The translations under genes were made by a program, and so were the position numbers. 64,000 nucleotides of DNA from Paraphysomonas bandaiensis (Eukaryota; Protista; Chrysophyceae): positions 124,001-188,000 of the forward strand of contig CBFFRP010000002.1 in assembly GCA_965644295.1 (NCBI GenBank), read 5' to 3'. Under the pieces are notes generated by a model, which searched no databases, was not told the DNA's origin, and saw only the letters and a program-made list of their open reading frames with translations. Shown piece after piece: positions 40,701-53,749 of this stretch. The number at the start of each line of letters is the position of its first letter. The stretch's first letter is position 1.

Positions 40701-43700
40701 TCGAGTGCCTGCTGGATACTTAACACCAGGTACTCACTACACGTTCCAACTGACATCTACGCCATACGATTGCGATAATTGTGTATCGGCCCTCTCCCAA
40801 CTAATGGTAGCTGTAAATGCCCCCCCTGTCGTCGGACGCTTCGATGTTTCCCCCCCCTCTGGTAATGCTGAGGGTGGGCTTAACAGCACAATATTTTTCT
40901 TCTCAGTTGGTTACACCGCCGACCCTGATCTGCCCTTGTCTTACCGGTTTTCATTGTATGATTATGGTGTGCATTTTCCTGGTGAAATTGTAATGCAGTC
41001 GTATACCGGTCTGGCTCATATTAAGAGAACGTTACCCCGAGGTGTAGAGGTCACTGATCATGGGAAAATGGAGAATATGCTATCCGTACTGGCATATGTT
41101 TCTGATAGCAGTGGGGCGGAGTCCCGGATGGGCACTTCCGTGCAGGTGTTTCCAACAGTGGTATGGAATGCATCTGAACTGTACGGTTTTGCCACTGCTA
41201 ATGTTAAGGAAGCTATGCGATCCAGAAATTATGTGTTAGCTTTGTATCGTATTGCAACTGCAGGCATTCTGTTAACAAACCCTTCAAACATTTTACTTGA
41301 CACTGTCAGCTCTGTTGATGTGCTATTTTCACTAACCCAGGCATTGATTTTTGATGCTATTGAGAGCATCGGCTACTTGGACTTCAACGTCAATATACAG
41401 GACACATATTTGTTTGAGTCTGCTGCGCACATGTGCAGCATCTTTGCTAATGGAACTGCCTTAAGACTCGGTGATATGTCCTCCTTGTCTGTGGCATACG
41501 AATATTTATATCGTCTAGAGGAAATATATCTAAGCGCAAGCAATTCTAATACCCTTGGCGGCGAAATTTTGTTGCAGTGTCTCGATGCCCTCAATACTCT
41601 TGCTGCGGTAGGTGGTGCGGAAGAGGCATCGGGGACAGGTCGACGATTACAGTCATACGGCGGTGTCACTGACTTAGGTACAGCTATAGACTTGATCGAC
41701 AACTTTCGCTTGTCTATGATCATCGGTGACGAGAAGAGTGCAGCGTTGAGTTCTTTCCAATACTTCATAAGTAGTGGTCGACCGTTAGAGCTTCAACATT
41801 TAGGGTTGTTTTCCGACTTCCTTGGTGCCACTGCCACTGTCACCTCAAATTTTTCTGCTGTGGTGGATGTGGCCGATGTGAGTGATATTGGTAGATATGA
41901 TGTAGCTGTGGTATCTCTCTCGGATGGTAGCATAACGCCAGTCTGTGATATAGAATCCGCTGTTTGTGATCTTATAGGATTGTCCTCAATAAGTTCTAGC
42001 GCACTTACATTATCTTCTCCCACGCAACTGTCAGCACTAACGCAGAATGCAGTGAACGTTTGGAGCAAATACTTTCATGCGACCATATCAACGAATAGCA
42101 CAGATGAGGTTCACTCGTTTAAGGTTTTTTGTAAAGGGGATGTTGACGAGATGAAAATATATAATTGCACAGAGGAAGCTACCGCTGGACCCTCTAGTGT
42201 GTTGGAGATGCCCTGCAATTCTGGTGATCCGGGTGTTTGGGAGGGTTCATGTCCATTGTATCATCATGCCCCCGCATGTATCGACAATACGGTGGAACAA
42301 ACTTCCTCGTGCTCAGTGGTTGAGTATGCAACAACATACACCACTTGTTCATGCAGCTCATTTGCATCCGAAACTTTAGCTAACAGTGAATACGAGTACA
42401 AGTTTACCGCTGTCAGCGCTGGTGTTGTATTTACCCGTGTGATTCACACGCCATTGTTTCTGCAATTCAATCCTTCTCTTACAGTTCCATCTCCTCCTAC
42501 ACCCGCCCCTTCTACTTCAGAGGATGCGGAAGTTCTTGCACAATCGTCCTCTTCTTCTGAATTTGATATGAATGTGTTTCAGATAGCTTTCCCTCTGTGT
42601 GTATTTTTCTGTATTCTCTGCATCTTGCTCGTGATGTACAAGCGCAGGGAAGATAACAAAACCATGGAAGATGCTTATGCTCATAATGTCACTAAACCCT
42701 CTCGCCCGATTGATGACTTCTGGGTCAATCTTGCCGCGGCCCGGGCCTGTGTCAAGAGTAGGAATATATCTGCGGCAGAAAAGCTGTATATCCAAGCCAT
42801 TGCGAATCTCAAGCAGGCCGAAGCAGAAAAGGATTTAGTTGTTATTCAAAGCTCCGAGATGGGGTCGCCAGATTCACGCAGAAGGCGCCAGCGCTTATAT
42901 GACGAATATAGAGTTTCAGCTGAAGTGGACTATAACAGTGATGAAAGCAGTGATGTATCATCAACGGCTTCCTCAGTTGGAGTACTGGATCAGGCGAAAA
43001 TGTACTTTGAGTTGGCTGAAGTCGAACGGGCACTAGAGAAACGAAAGAATGCGGTTCTGTACTACAAACGAGCTCGAATTCTTCTTCACGATCCATGGTC
43101 AGACACTTGGTTTGGTAGTCCCCTGATGGACCAGGAGGCAACCCCGGAACCGCGTACATTTTTAGATCTACGTGAAAGTGTGATTAGAGACCTTCAAGCG
43201 GCCGATGATATCGAGAATATATCCTCACCTAGACCTTCGCGAAAGCGCCAGTCTGAAAATGTGGCTAAAGTTTTGAGCGCAGAAGTTTCCCCTGGTGGCC
43301 CAAGTATATCGCACAACTTGTCCAGTAGTGATGAGAGCGAGGTTGTAAGTGTTGATTTTGATGTCGATGCGGACGTGGATGCATTGCTGACGCCAATTGG
43401 AAACGGTGGTATCAACAATGAATTTGATGAGTATCTTCAATTGGCGTTAGCACGTCGATCTGGAGAGAATTTAACCAATGGGGCACTGGCTAGTGATGGT
43501 TCTATTGCCGTAGCCAATGTACAAAAGGTTTCAGTATCTAGTACTGATAGTTTCGATAGTGGTATTGGCGATGAACGCAGCAGTATCGCCGATTTCTACC
43601 CGGAGGGTGGTGATGTGGAGCCCACAACTTCCTGGCTGGTTCCTGAGCACATGTTGGAGAGGGTTTCGGTAGGCGCACAATGGAATTTTGAAGATGGTGG

Positions 43701-44067
43701 TGAAAAGAGTGACGGGTGTGTTGTCGACTTCGATGATGTTTATGAAGGCTGTCCCACAGAGGGTGAATCCGAAGACTTTCCTTTAGATACTAGTATCAGA
43801 AACCTAGGAGATATGAAAAGAAATCCCTTATTCGGAGAGAGTTTGGAGGGGCGTAAATCTCTCATGGGTGTCACTGGAGCCATGCAGCCTTCCGAAGACA
43901 AAATGAATGAATATCTAAAGGAGAACCCAGGAAGTGAAGACGTCGCTTCGTCATACCAACAATGTTTCCCTCTGGTTGATGATCAGGAAGATGGCTCTCA
44001 TAGTTGTGAAGCTGATGAAGCCAACCCAGATACAGAGAGTAGTACTGATAGCTTTGTGGTGGCCTAA
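22757..44067 (+). CDS. Giant type-I membrane protein (~7,040 aa): signal peptide, Cys-rich N-domain, mucin-like P/S/T/C repeats, 3x NHL-like beta-propeller, REJ/PKD-like region, GPS-like motif, single TM, TPR-like helices and acidic cytoplasmic tail
   Basis: Exon 1 (22757-22835) encodes MSIRLILRLFFLLSGAIKASIATNNK and splices in phase (gtgagt...atacag, 22836-23011) to a 21-kb exon. NHL-like motifs GERDGDFKGLSTFNNPSRL and RDGWAAEAEFSYPLTI. REJ-type motif VNAPPVVGRFDVSPPSG...DPDLPLSYRF at about 40810-40950. CSVVEYATTYTTCSC at about 42310-42354. TM FQIAFPLCVFFCILCILLVMY followed by KRR at about 42577-42648. Confidence 0.85.
24517..29230 (+). repeat. Coding tandem repeat, ~54 x 87 bp (PTLCPTSAPSSCPSVSPTVTPTVAGDTNA)
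   Basis: Near-identical 87-bp units. About three more copies at 23330-23590. Confidence 0.97.
29250..34045 (+). repeat. Coding tandem repeat of ~168-bp (56-aa) units, with length variants
   Basis: Unit PTVAPSMTPTLCPTVSPTVEPSHLPTLSPTxxPSCQPSxSPTSIPSVAPTxxPTA. A related ~192-bp version occurs at 23590-24510. Confidence 0.95.
34390..38145 (+). repeat. Three near-identical ~1.1-kb NHL-like domain copies (period 1311/1308 bp)
   Basis: Copies start at 34390, 35701 and 37009 (N(V/I)STVAVLSEVVGVAPG) and are separated by diverged P/T/S linkers. Confidence 0.95.
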
Positions 44068-45337
44068 GGTATGTTGTTGCCCCCAGCAATAGTTATACCC
44101 ATGATTGCTGATTTCTTGCATATCCCAATATTGTGAATTTTACACATATTCTCAATTTTATTGGTATGACAGCGAGATATGTAAATACAAATTTAATTCT
44201 ATGAATTGGCACCACAGAATTGAGGATGACACATTTGTCCCTGAGCGGGAATGTATGTATTTAGTTATTGTTAGCCGTTATAAATAAACAATGCAATGGC
44301 AATATCACCTAATGAATCTAATAATTACTATATTTTCCCTCCACATTCAGTCCTCTAGATATAGGGGTTGAGCATTTCAGAGCAGAACTATCAGGATAAT
44401 ATATATAGCTAAGGTTGTTTTGTTACAAAATTCCTTGCTACAAATAAGGAGATCATTATGAAATAGATTGTGTAGCTTGATATATAGCTTACTGAATTCG
44501 CTACGTGCCACATTATGAAGAATCCCCTGTTCTCTAGTATAAATCTTTCGGGTTGATGAAGTGTTGCGTAAGAAGCTCTCATACCCTTGAGCGTTTGATG
44601 GTGGAATCTTTAGCAAGGCGAACCTGCTCGATTGATGTAATTACGTTTTCAGTGCTGTAGTGGAGTGCGACGATACTCATGGCGTGGTTGTTTAAGGTAT
44701 AAAAAGTATACTACAAGTTCTTTACGAGTGTTTTTGTGACAAGTTCTTTACGTTCTGGGTGAATAGCTGACAGAACTGAAGACTACATTGAGTAAATTCT
44801 TCATTTTCAAATATTCGCGTCCTCTTTATCGTCGTCAACTACGGCACCAAGGAGTGAACGGGCCTTTCGTTTGACCTCAATAATTACAGGTACAGATGTG
44901 TGGGATATCGTTGACCGCCTGAAGTGTGTCATAGGTATATTGCTTTGGCGACACCATAGGCGAAGTACCATCAGTCAAACAATGGAGCAGAAGCACATCA
45001 CTATCGATATGTCCTGTTAGCGAGCCGGAAATTTGGCTTTCAAACCGGGTTACGCATATATTATATTACTATGACGAAACATGTTGTGATAATCAATGTT
45101 CCTGTTCGCTATCCGGTATAATACCACATAAACACACACGTGTAAATATCGAGTAACTGTTAGCGCTTATTAGTCTACGCTTCAATTCTGGTACTCAGTA
45201 TAAGGTAAAAACATCACATAGATATCAACAGATATATCGCATAATATCTCATTAAAATGCTATTTTTTCAGTTATGATTGAAGTTTTTAAAAACTAATCT
45301 ACATTCTTAATTTCATTTGGTTTATATATACGTTCAT

Positions 45338-47560
45338 TGTTGACATTCATAAGTCGTTCTCTATCAAAGTTTGACATTTTATGAGGAGTGTTATCTTAAC
45401 AACTGAAGGTAAACTTATAGTCAATGCTGAGACTTATAAATTATGATCAATATCTCTTATCATTTACCAATTTCATGTTATCTCTACTACCACTCATTTC
45501 TCGTACGATCTTACTTTGTCACTATAACTTGAATCATCAATATACTATATACTATACTTTTCACTACTATATACTTATCGTCATTTATTCTCACAGTACG
45601 ATTAACCACAACTGTAGACTACTCGTAACGGTTATAGTTTAAATGCCTTGTAACTACAGCTCTCAATTGCTCTCATATTGCAGAACTCAACACTCCCTCT
45701 CGATTTAAAGCTGTAGATAGACTCTTAACATCACAATGCACAACAGATGGATACGCAACCACCGAAAACCAGATTGGACAAATAGGCGAACGTATGACAT
45801 ACATACATACACAGTCTGCATCTGTAAAAATAAGCAATGCCAAAGTTCTTACCACTGAAAGGAATACCTTTCCGCACTGTTCCCCTAACGTACTGTAGAT
45901 GAGATGCCACTGTCTGCTGATTATTTCTGTGCATGGCATCAAGAGGTAACAGAGATTTTGGGTATTGGTTGCAGGTCCAACGACTCCGCATTGGTCAAGT
46001 TGGATGTAATCCTGGTTCTCAAGTGACGCGAACATTCAGAATATCTGTTATGTAAAGCGTTCACAAACGTGGCTTTGATAATATTAAGATCAGCACATGC
46101 GCTAACAATATCATCCACATAAATTGCGATACACTTTGTGTCCTTTATTAGCATAGTATTTCAAGAATTTAATTTATCGTTTTACAACGTGATCTATCTG
46201 GGCGAACTACGAATCCCGGTTAGAGATTTCTTCAGTTTGAAACAATGTCCAGGTGGTCCAATATGAAAATCTGGGGTCGGATTCATGTAAACATCACCAT
46301 AAATATATCGGCGGAACAGAACGCACGGGATACATCGAGCTGATGCACAAACATATTGAACTCTAGAGCTAAAGCCAAAATCAAACAAACAGTGATACTT
46401 TAAACCACTGGAGCAAATGTATTCTCAAAATCTACACCAGACTGTTGACCATATTATCCCAGTGCCATGAATCGTGCTCTATGGAGCCATCGTTGTTATA
46501 CTTTTGTTTATACACAATGTGTAGCGAGATTTGAGAGGTCTAGCTCCAGCTGGGGTCTCAACTACGTCAAAAAGAGTACATTCCGTTCTGACTGTCGAGC
46601 CTCCTTCCATTTGTTCGCCTCACTGCGCTGGAGAGATTCTTTGTAAGTCTCAGACTCTCTAAAATCAGACAGGTCAGCAATCAATGAGTCATCATTTGCC
46701 TTAAACATGTTTACAGCGTCTTCCCCACACAGAGTGGACACATTGGTCAGCCGGGTTAACAGTTTGACTGCTAGAGGGACATACACTGGTCTCTCTAGAC
46801 GTTGTGCAAACGCTTCTCTCGGGTAAGGCACATGGAGCCTCAATCCCTGATGAATCATTCGCCGTAAACCATTCGCCGTAAACTGTTTTGAGTGTCCCTC
46901 CCAGCCGGCATCGATCGTGTCCACTCTGGGGGTATGTGTTATCTTAAGTAATTGAACTCTTCAACCTTTCAAGCAATTGGGGCATTCTGGACTAACGCTG
47001 CCACAGTTACTCCCGTACCCTTTTAAAGTATCCGGTCTGTGCCTTCACTTTTTGGAATGAGGACATAGGCCTAAGTTGCACCCCCAGCAACGCAGCCTCG
47101 ATAAGCAGGGACGGAACCTCCAGGGATGCACTCTATCGGAGACATCCACCAGCCCTTGTAGGTATATGTGTCAGCAATCTACGAAGAATCCAGCATGCAT
47201 GTGCATACGAATCCCACCAGAAAAGTAGCTGGTATTCCCGAGTCTGATAATATAACTAGTATCATTTCTCCTAGGGTGCGAAACCGTCTCTCAGAAATAG
47301 CATTAATATCAGGTGAGTCTGTGGAGCTCCATGTAACTTTGATCCCGAATTTTGTCATAAGATAATACTTAAGAGACTTTTATCCAGTAGTTCCGTTCCT
47401 CTATCTCTGCGTGATATCTATTCTAACGGTGTGTCCCGGGATACGTGGGAAGCTTGCGCTCTACCCAATCTTTAACCTTTTGTGTAGCACTTCTGTAGCG
47501 TTTCGAGTGGTTATAAGATACTTCCAATTCCTTTGTAGCTAATAAGTGATCCCTCAGGCG
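45338..47560 (-). mobile_element. Degenerate Ty1/Copia LTR retrotransposon (integrase and RT remnants, PPT, 3' LTR)
   Basis: Minus-strand fragments: INAISERRFRTLGEM and RLRCWGC (integrase), ETYKESLQRSEANKWKEA, GVDFENTFAPVV, FKLKKSLTGIRSSPR and AIYVDDIV (RT). PPT gagagggag is followed by the LTR tgttga...tcaaca at 45692-45338. Many stops and frameshifts. Confidence 0.85.
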
Positions 47561-47579
47561 ATGCCAGTAGTAAGTCCAA

Positions 47580-48830
47580 GTCGTGCATCAAAGGCGATCC
47601 ACGACTGCTGAAGGGTCGAACCAAGCAATTGTCACCTTCAGTGGACTTCTACTCGCAACTGCAGTCTGAAGCCGACAACTGAATTCTGTGATATCGAGAA
47701 GTTATCGAATACGAAAAGTTCAAGCGGGTAGGGAAGTCCCGCACCATTTTTCAATCGCAGTATGTTTTTTGAGATCTAAACTCCCGTAGCCTTGGTAGAT
47801 ATCAGGTTGGCTGCTGCTTCTGCTTTTTGGAAACGAGCGCATACCGAGAGGGGCAAACGCTGGGTCTGAATATTGCGCTTCCCTGAATGAAGTATATTCG
47901 CTTTTAGCAGGTATATTCAGATGGTTCAATGCTGCAGCATCAGCGATCCTTCTGTCTACACACTACTGCGCTGCCCAGAAGTCAGGACGCATAAAATATT
48001 CCCAAATTAGCAATAAGCAGCCCCGGAAATCATGGGCGAAGACATGAATGTCACTGCCTTCTCATGTACCACACAACTGGTCAAGTTTCACAATCACTCA
48101 GTCCTTTCTCGTGCAGTTTTTCCAAACCTTATACGCTGCGCGCGGTACTGATCACTTACGGACGATGAGCACGTTGACACAAGAAAGTCTCCAGTGGCTA
48201 ATATATCTGGCTTAAACCTTCCGTCAAAAGTAGGTCCAATAGATCCATAGATCGACACTATTGGGATGGGGAAAGCCAAGTCATTGAACACGTTCCCATG
48301 CATGCACAGACTGTTTCTCGCATTAGCAAGTGCACCAATACTCCCCCACCCTCAAAACCCTCCTTTAGCCGACGCTAACACCACCATAAAATCCTGATTT
48401 TTCGTATAGATAAGCATCCATACATGCTGCTTCTTCCTCCCGCCCAGCTGTTACTGTACACCCGTGTACCCGCGGCATATGCGGTGCGCACGCGTGGTAT
48501 TAGTAAGAAAAGGCTATCTTCGCACCAGCGGCTACACTATTCACATCTGAAAATACACCCAGCGATGCCCCTGCCAGTGTTCCAGCTGTATATGTACCAT
48601 GCCTACCCTCACTATCCACGGGGTCCGCATATGGTACGTACTGTATGACCTTTTGCCTGATCAGAACAGAGTAAGGCTTAAACCATGCTGATGATAATGG
48701 ATGTTTTGTGGGTGGTATATTTGGACATCGAGCAAATGAATGCCGTCATCGAGCTCAAGTCTACTGCATGATGTATGGACTGCTGGATGATATGAGCGAG
48801 GTATCCTGATATCCATATGAAGGACACTGC
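47580..48830 (-). pseudogene. Disrupted subtilisin (peptidase S8, TagC/Kp43-like) gene
   Basis: Minus-strand fragments in the expected order: KGHTVRTICG (degenerate His motif), ALANARNSL, GPTFDGRFKPDILATG, DIYQGYGSLDL and PLKVTIAWFDP. They lie in different frames with stops. Confidence 0.7.
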
Positions 48831-48878
48831 ACTGCTGTATCTGCCTACACAGTACACACTATAATACATAGAATACCG

Positions 48879-49330
48879 TATGTATGTATGTATGTATGTA
48901 TGTATGTATGTATGTATGTATGTATGTATGTATGTATGTATGTATGTATGTATGTATGTATGTATGTATGTATGTATGTATGTATGTATGTATGTATGTA
49001 TGTATGTATGTATGTATGTATGTATGTATGTATGTATGTATGTATGTATGTATGTATGTATGTATGTATGTATGTATGTATGTATGTATGTATGTATGTA
49101 TGTATGTATGTATGTATGTATGTATGTATGTATGTATGTATGTATGTATGTATGTATGTATGTATGTATGTATGTATGTATGTATGTATGTATGTATGTA
49201 TGTATGTATGTATGTATGTATGTATGTATGTATGTATGTATGTATGTATGTATGTATGTATGTATGTATGTATGTATGTATGTATGTATGTATGTATGTA
49301 TGTATGTATGTATGTATGTATGTATGTATG

Positions 49331-49361
<31 letters not shown>

Positions 49362-49463
49362 GTATGTATGTATGTATGTATGTATGTATGTATGTATGTA
49401 TGTATGTATGTATGTATGTATGTATGTATGTATGTATGTATGTATGTATGTATGTATGTATGT
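48879..49463. repeat. (TATG)n microsatellite, ~585 bp
   Basis: Near-perfect array with one TAAG variant. Confidence 0.99.
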
Positions 49464-49613
49464 ACGTGTATATGTTCTGTTATATAACAGTTATATGGGT
49501 AGTGTATGTTGTTTCTATTATTGTCCAGTACCTTATTAACTCACCACCCTTTTAACACAGCACACTAACCGAACCTCTTATCTCCCTCGTATCCCCACCT
49601 CACTCCTCTCATT

Positions 49614-51935
49614 ATGCTCAGTCCTCATAAAACAGAAGCCGAAGACACAGCTTCAATCACTTCGACTTCACATGAAAGTGATACAACTGTGACTTCGACT
49701 TCTAATTCAAGTTATGCATCTTCAATCGATGAAGTTCAACTTAAAATCAATCAAATGAAGAGACATAATAAAAAAAAGGGACAAACATCTAAATTAATGG
49801 CGAAATATAAGGCACATTTAACACCTGAACAAAGAGCACAAAATGAAATGAATAAACGTATAGATCAAGGCCTAAGACAAGTCCTTCATCTTCATACACC
49901 TGTTGAGTTATCATCTATATGTGGGGTATTGAATCTTCCAGCATTGCAGCGTGCGAGTGTATCAATTGATCAAATTATTAATTTTTGTAAACAAGAGAAT
50001 GAATTTTCTGAAGTTAGAATTATGAAAGCTGTTAATAACATGTGGGAAGGAGCCTTATTTGAGTACCTTAAATCGATCGGGCATCCACAGAAGACATGTT
50101 TGCCAGATCCTAAATTAGCGGTGATGAAAATATGGCGTCGTGGGGGTTTTCATGAGAGTGAAAGCGATACATTTACTCCTCATTATATACAAAAAAGAGT
50201 GTTAACTCGACATGATACTGACCAGGCGGAAGATATTGCATCACGTTCAGCGAAGCTGAAGGTAGGAGAATGAGTATAAGAAGCTGAAGTGGTGATTGTG
50301 TGTATAGGTGATGGAGAATGCCATGAAACATGTTGAGCGAGAGTTGTTTGAAGAGCATGATTACACGAATGCTCTGCGCTATTTCCAGCAGCTGGGTGAG
50401 GGATGTATATAGATGTGTGGTAACCCTGTGTATTTGCGTACTAACATAACTAGATCTTTATTAGCATTGACTCAACTTTTATCCTCATGTAGGTGAGATC
50501 CGTAAAACCGAGACCGATTTCAGGGATTACCTTATTAACAAGTTAGAATTATGCCGCTCCGAGTTGAGTCGAGCAAACTCCAACAAAGACCTAGCCACGG
50601 AAATGCTTGCCGAGGGAGAAGATAGGTACTGTCCTATTGACAATGGACTTCGTTTTAGGCTTTAATTACCATCTAATCTCTTCTAATTTATTTTACTGTT
50701 CTATTATGCCACACTGTATCTTATGCACGATTTCTTGCATATTTAGAAGGTCGTTGTGTGTGAACGTATACGTAATGAACCTATGCATTGTGTGTAGTAG
50801 TATGTGCGTTTGAACATTATGGTAGGTTTGTGTCTGGCATGGAGATCCTAAACGACCAGTTAGCCAACTATGAAATCGCCGTCCAAGATGAGATGCAGGC
50901 TCGATACCGCATGGATTCAGAGCTGGTGTCCCTTGATCACACCATCAAGAGCTATGCCGCAAGTCGTAGCAATCAAACCATGGCAGTTCTCAGTGCCCCC
51001 GCTGAAGATAAATATAATGCATACGTGGACTTTCAGTGCGAGGAAGAAGCTGCTGTGCGAGAGATGCCCCATATAGAGAGGTGAGATGATTTTTGTTAGG
51101 GCCGCATAGAAAATCTTCTGTTGTCGAAGGGTACAGTAATTTGATGGTTATTACTTGTTTTATCATTTGTAGTGTTTGTAATTGTATTTTTTTGTATAGA
51201 TACAACTCACATATACGGAGCATATACAACACACTTTTACAGTACCGATCCAAAGTTGAAATCGATACGGCCCATACACTTCGCCTGGTTAGCTCGCAGC
51301 AAAACAAAATATTTGACCTGGAAGAGCAGATTCGTCAGTTGCATAAGGACGTGGCTAGAGAGAAGCAGAGAGGCGACGATGCGCTGGACGCTTTACAGAG
51401 TGCGCATAATGAGATACGGTGGTGCGCTAAAAAGTTCATACATATGAAGACAGAGAACGACGCGGTCCGCAGAGAGGCGTGGCGATCGTCAATTCGTTGG
51501 AGTGGACGATGCAACTTCCTCGAAAAGAAAATTGAGCAGTTGCGGAGTGTGGTTCGTACTGGAGTTCAGACACAAGACAAACTTGTAGTATCAATGTGTC
51601 GAGCCATCAATAACGTTCTCTCTATTGTTCCCCCTGATGATCTCTCAGAACTTTACGAGATTGCAGCCATGGAACTTGAGGATCGTTTGAGTGAGGAAGT
51701 CAGGCAAGATGAGGTCAGGGCTTCACTGGCATCATCTGGGAAGAAAGGAAAGAAGGTTAAGAAGGGAAAGAAAGTTACCAGTAAAAAAGGCACAGCAAAG
51801 AAAGGGGGATCAAGTAAGAAAGGGTCGTCTAAAGCTTCTAAAGGATCTGGAAAGTCGAGTGATAAGAAAGGAAATGACAAAAAGAAGGCAGCTGCTAAAA
51901 AAGCTCCAGCAAAGAAGACTGCGAAGAAGAAGTAG
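49614..51935 (+). CDS. Multi-exon hypothetical coiled-coil protein with Lys-rich C-terminal tail
   Basis: ORFs 49614-50261, ~50308-50395, ~50493-50625, ~50827-51080 and ~51200-51935 are separated by GT-AG introns. Heptad-like E/K/R-rich segments. Tail GKKGKKVKKGKK...KKAPAKKTAKKK. Confidence 0.6.
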
Positions 51936-52238
51936 TGTAAATTGGAGGAGTGGTATATGTGATCTGTAAACTTGTGTGGTTATCGTCTATGTAAAATAAG
52001 TGTAGAAATAATTCAGTAATTAAGTGTCTATATATGTTATAGTAGTTAATATCTGTTTATTTAGCAATAGGCGTTAGTCAGAACCAGATTTGTAACTAGA
52101 TGAAGATAAGCATCTACCATTTTCTAGCTAGAGCAAACTCTGGTATTCTATTATTGCTTGTGCGTCGCATAAGGCACTGATAGAATTTGACATTTTTCTA
52201 AATTTAACTGTGCTCTACACGTAAACCTTAATCTTGCT

Positions 52239-52536
52239 TGTTCAACACAAAGCACTTACAAGTAAGAAATAATAATTATTAATTTGAACACTTCACTACA
52301 TATTCATTTAACATCTGGTAAACATATGTTCTCAGCAACATCTGTTTATCATATGTTCACTAGTCACCCCTATATCTTATATAGTCACACATCAGTAACT
52401 GAATTTAACTCCTTTGTAACCATAATCACCCATTTTCCCGTTATACCTTCGAGTTGACTTCACATATTGCACACACTTAACTCACTTTTATAGCACAATA
52501 TATATCATCACATACATCATATTTCAGAACTCAACA
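52239..52536 (-). mobile_element. Candidate solo LTR
   Basis: The right end cagaactcaaca is identical to the LTR termini at 45681-45692 and 57276-57287. About 300 bp, with left end tgttca. Confidence 0.35.
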
Positions 52537-53749
52537 AGCATCAAAGTGTGACCATTCTCGCTATATTTATATATGTGTATATAGGGGACGTTGTACGACG
52601 TACAGTATGACAAGTGAAAGCAGTGATCTAAGTCTACTACTACCACACTGGAACACTTAAGACTACACATACATACAATTTGCATCTAGAACAGCCTTAT
52701 GTGCCTCACGGCAGGCACCAGGGAAGCAGAAATGTACCCTTCTCAGTTTGGCAATCTGGTGGCCTTCCCTTAGGTGTTGTGCCAAGTGGCTCGAGGTATG
52801 TGGATGAAGGTCTTGCAAAAGGTGTTGATCTACTGTGTAGAAGCGTCAGAATCGGCTCTTCTGCTGTTTTAGCCAGTAGCAGGAAACTCATGGAAGAAAG
52901 AGGATAGTTGGACACCATGGGCATACGCGGGTTCTCCGGTGTATCCAGCAACAGGGAGTCGAGAGGGAGTGTGATGGTACAAGTGAGGCAACATCTGATT
53001 GAGGAGTGCGAGCACAAGGGCCGCCAAGGTCGAATACTCTGATAGATCTATGCACGATATGAGAATGATTGTAAGTAGAGACTCGGACGTCCTCAGCTGC
53101 TCTTTGTGTGTGTTAGTGCAGGGGGGTACAGGCTGAGGCATAGTGTGTGTGTGGAAGAGAGGAGAGAAGACAGTTTATATGGAGGTTTTCGAGGAGGTAG
53201 AGTGTAAAGTGCGTATGTAACAGTGCAGTTGGGTTATATATGTGTGTTAGATGATCGTGTGTCAATGTGTGTGTAGTTTGCTGCCTCTCTCTCCTATAGA
53301 GGAGATCATACATGTACACACACTGCACTATACCCCACTACTCTATATTATTGGGGTAAACCGTATGAAACAAATACCGTTTTTTTAAATATAGAAAGCT
53401 CTTGTTTTTAGGGTAAAATGAGTAAAAATGATTAAAAAATGGGAGAAAAAAATATTCTCTAACCCTTTAAAACCAGGGGGAATAGTGAGTGGTGATGATG
53501 AGTGATACTTTCTTTCTCTTGTTTCCAAGAAATGGCCCCAGCGTGGGACATCCGTGTGTGGGAAAAAGACGACAAGGCAAAAATCTAGAAATCGCCCTTT
53601 TTCGTTGTTTGAGTATATAATATACAGTGTATTGATCATCTAGAAACCTGGGAGTTTTTGCCAGGTGGACTTTTTCTCATAAAAGAATGTCTGTTTTTGT
53701 TGTGCCTGGTGTGTGGATATTTCCCATCCATGGTGCTCTATGTGTGTGA

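Noticed and set aside
52680-53141. Overlapping short ORFs in a higher-GC patch
   Set aside because: No recognisable domain or consistent splice model.
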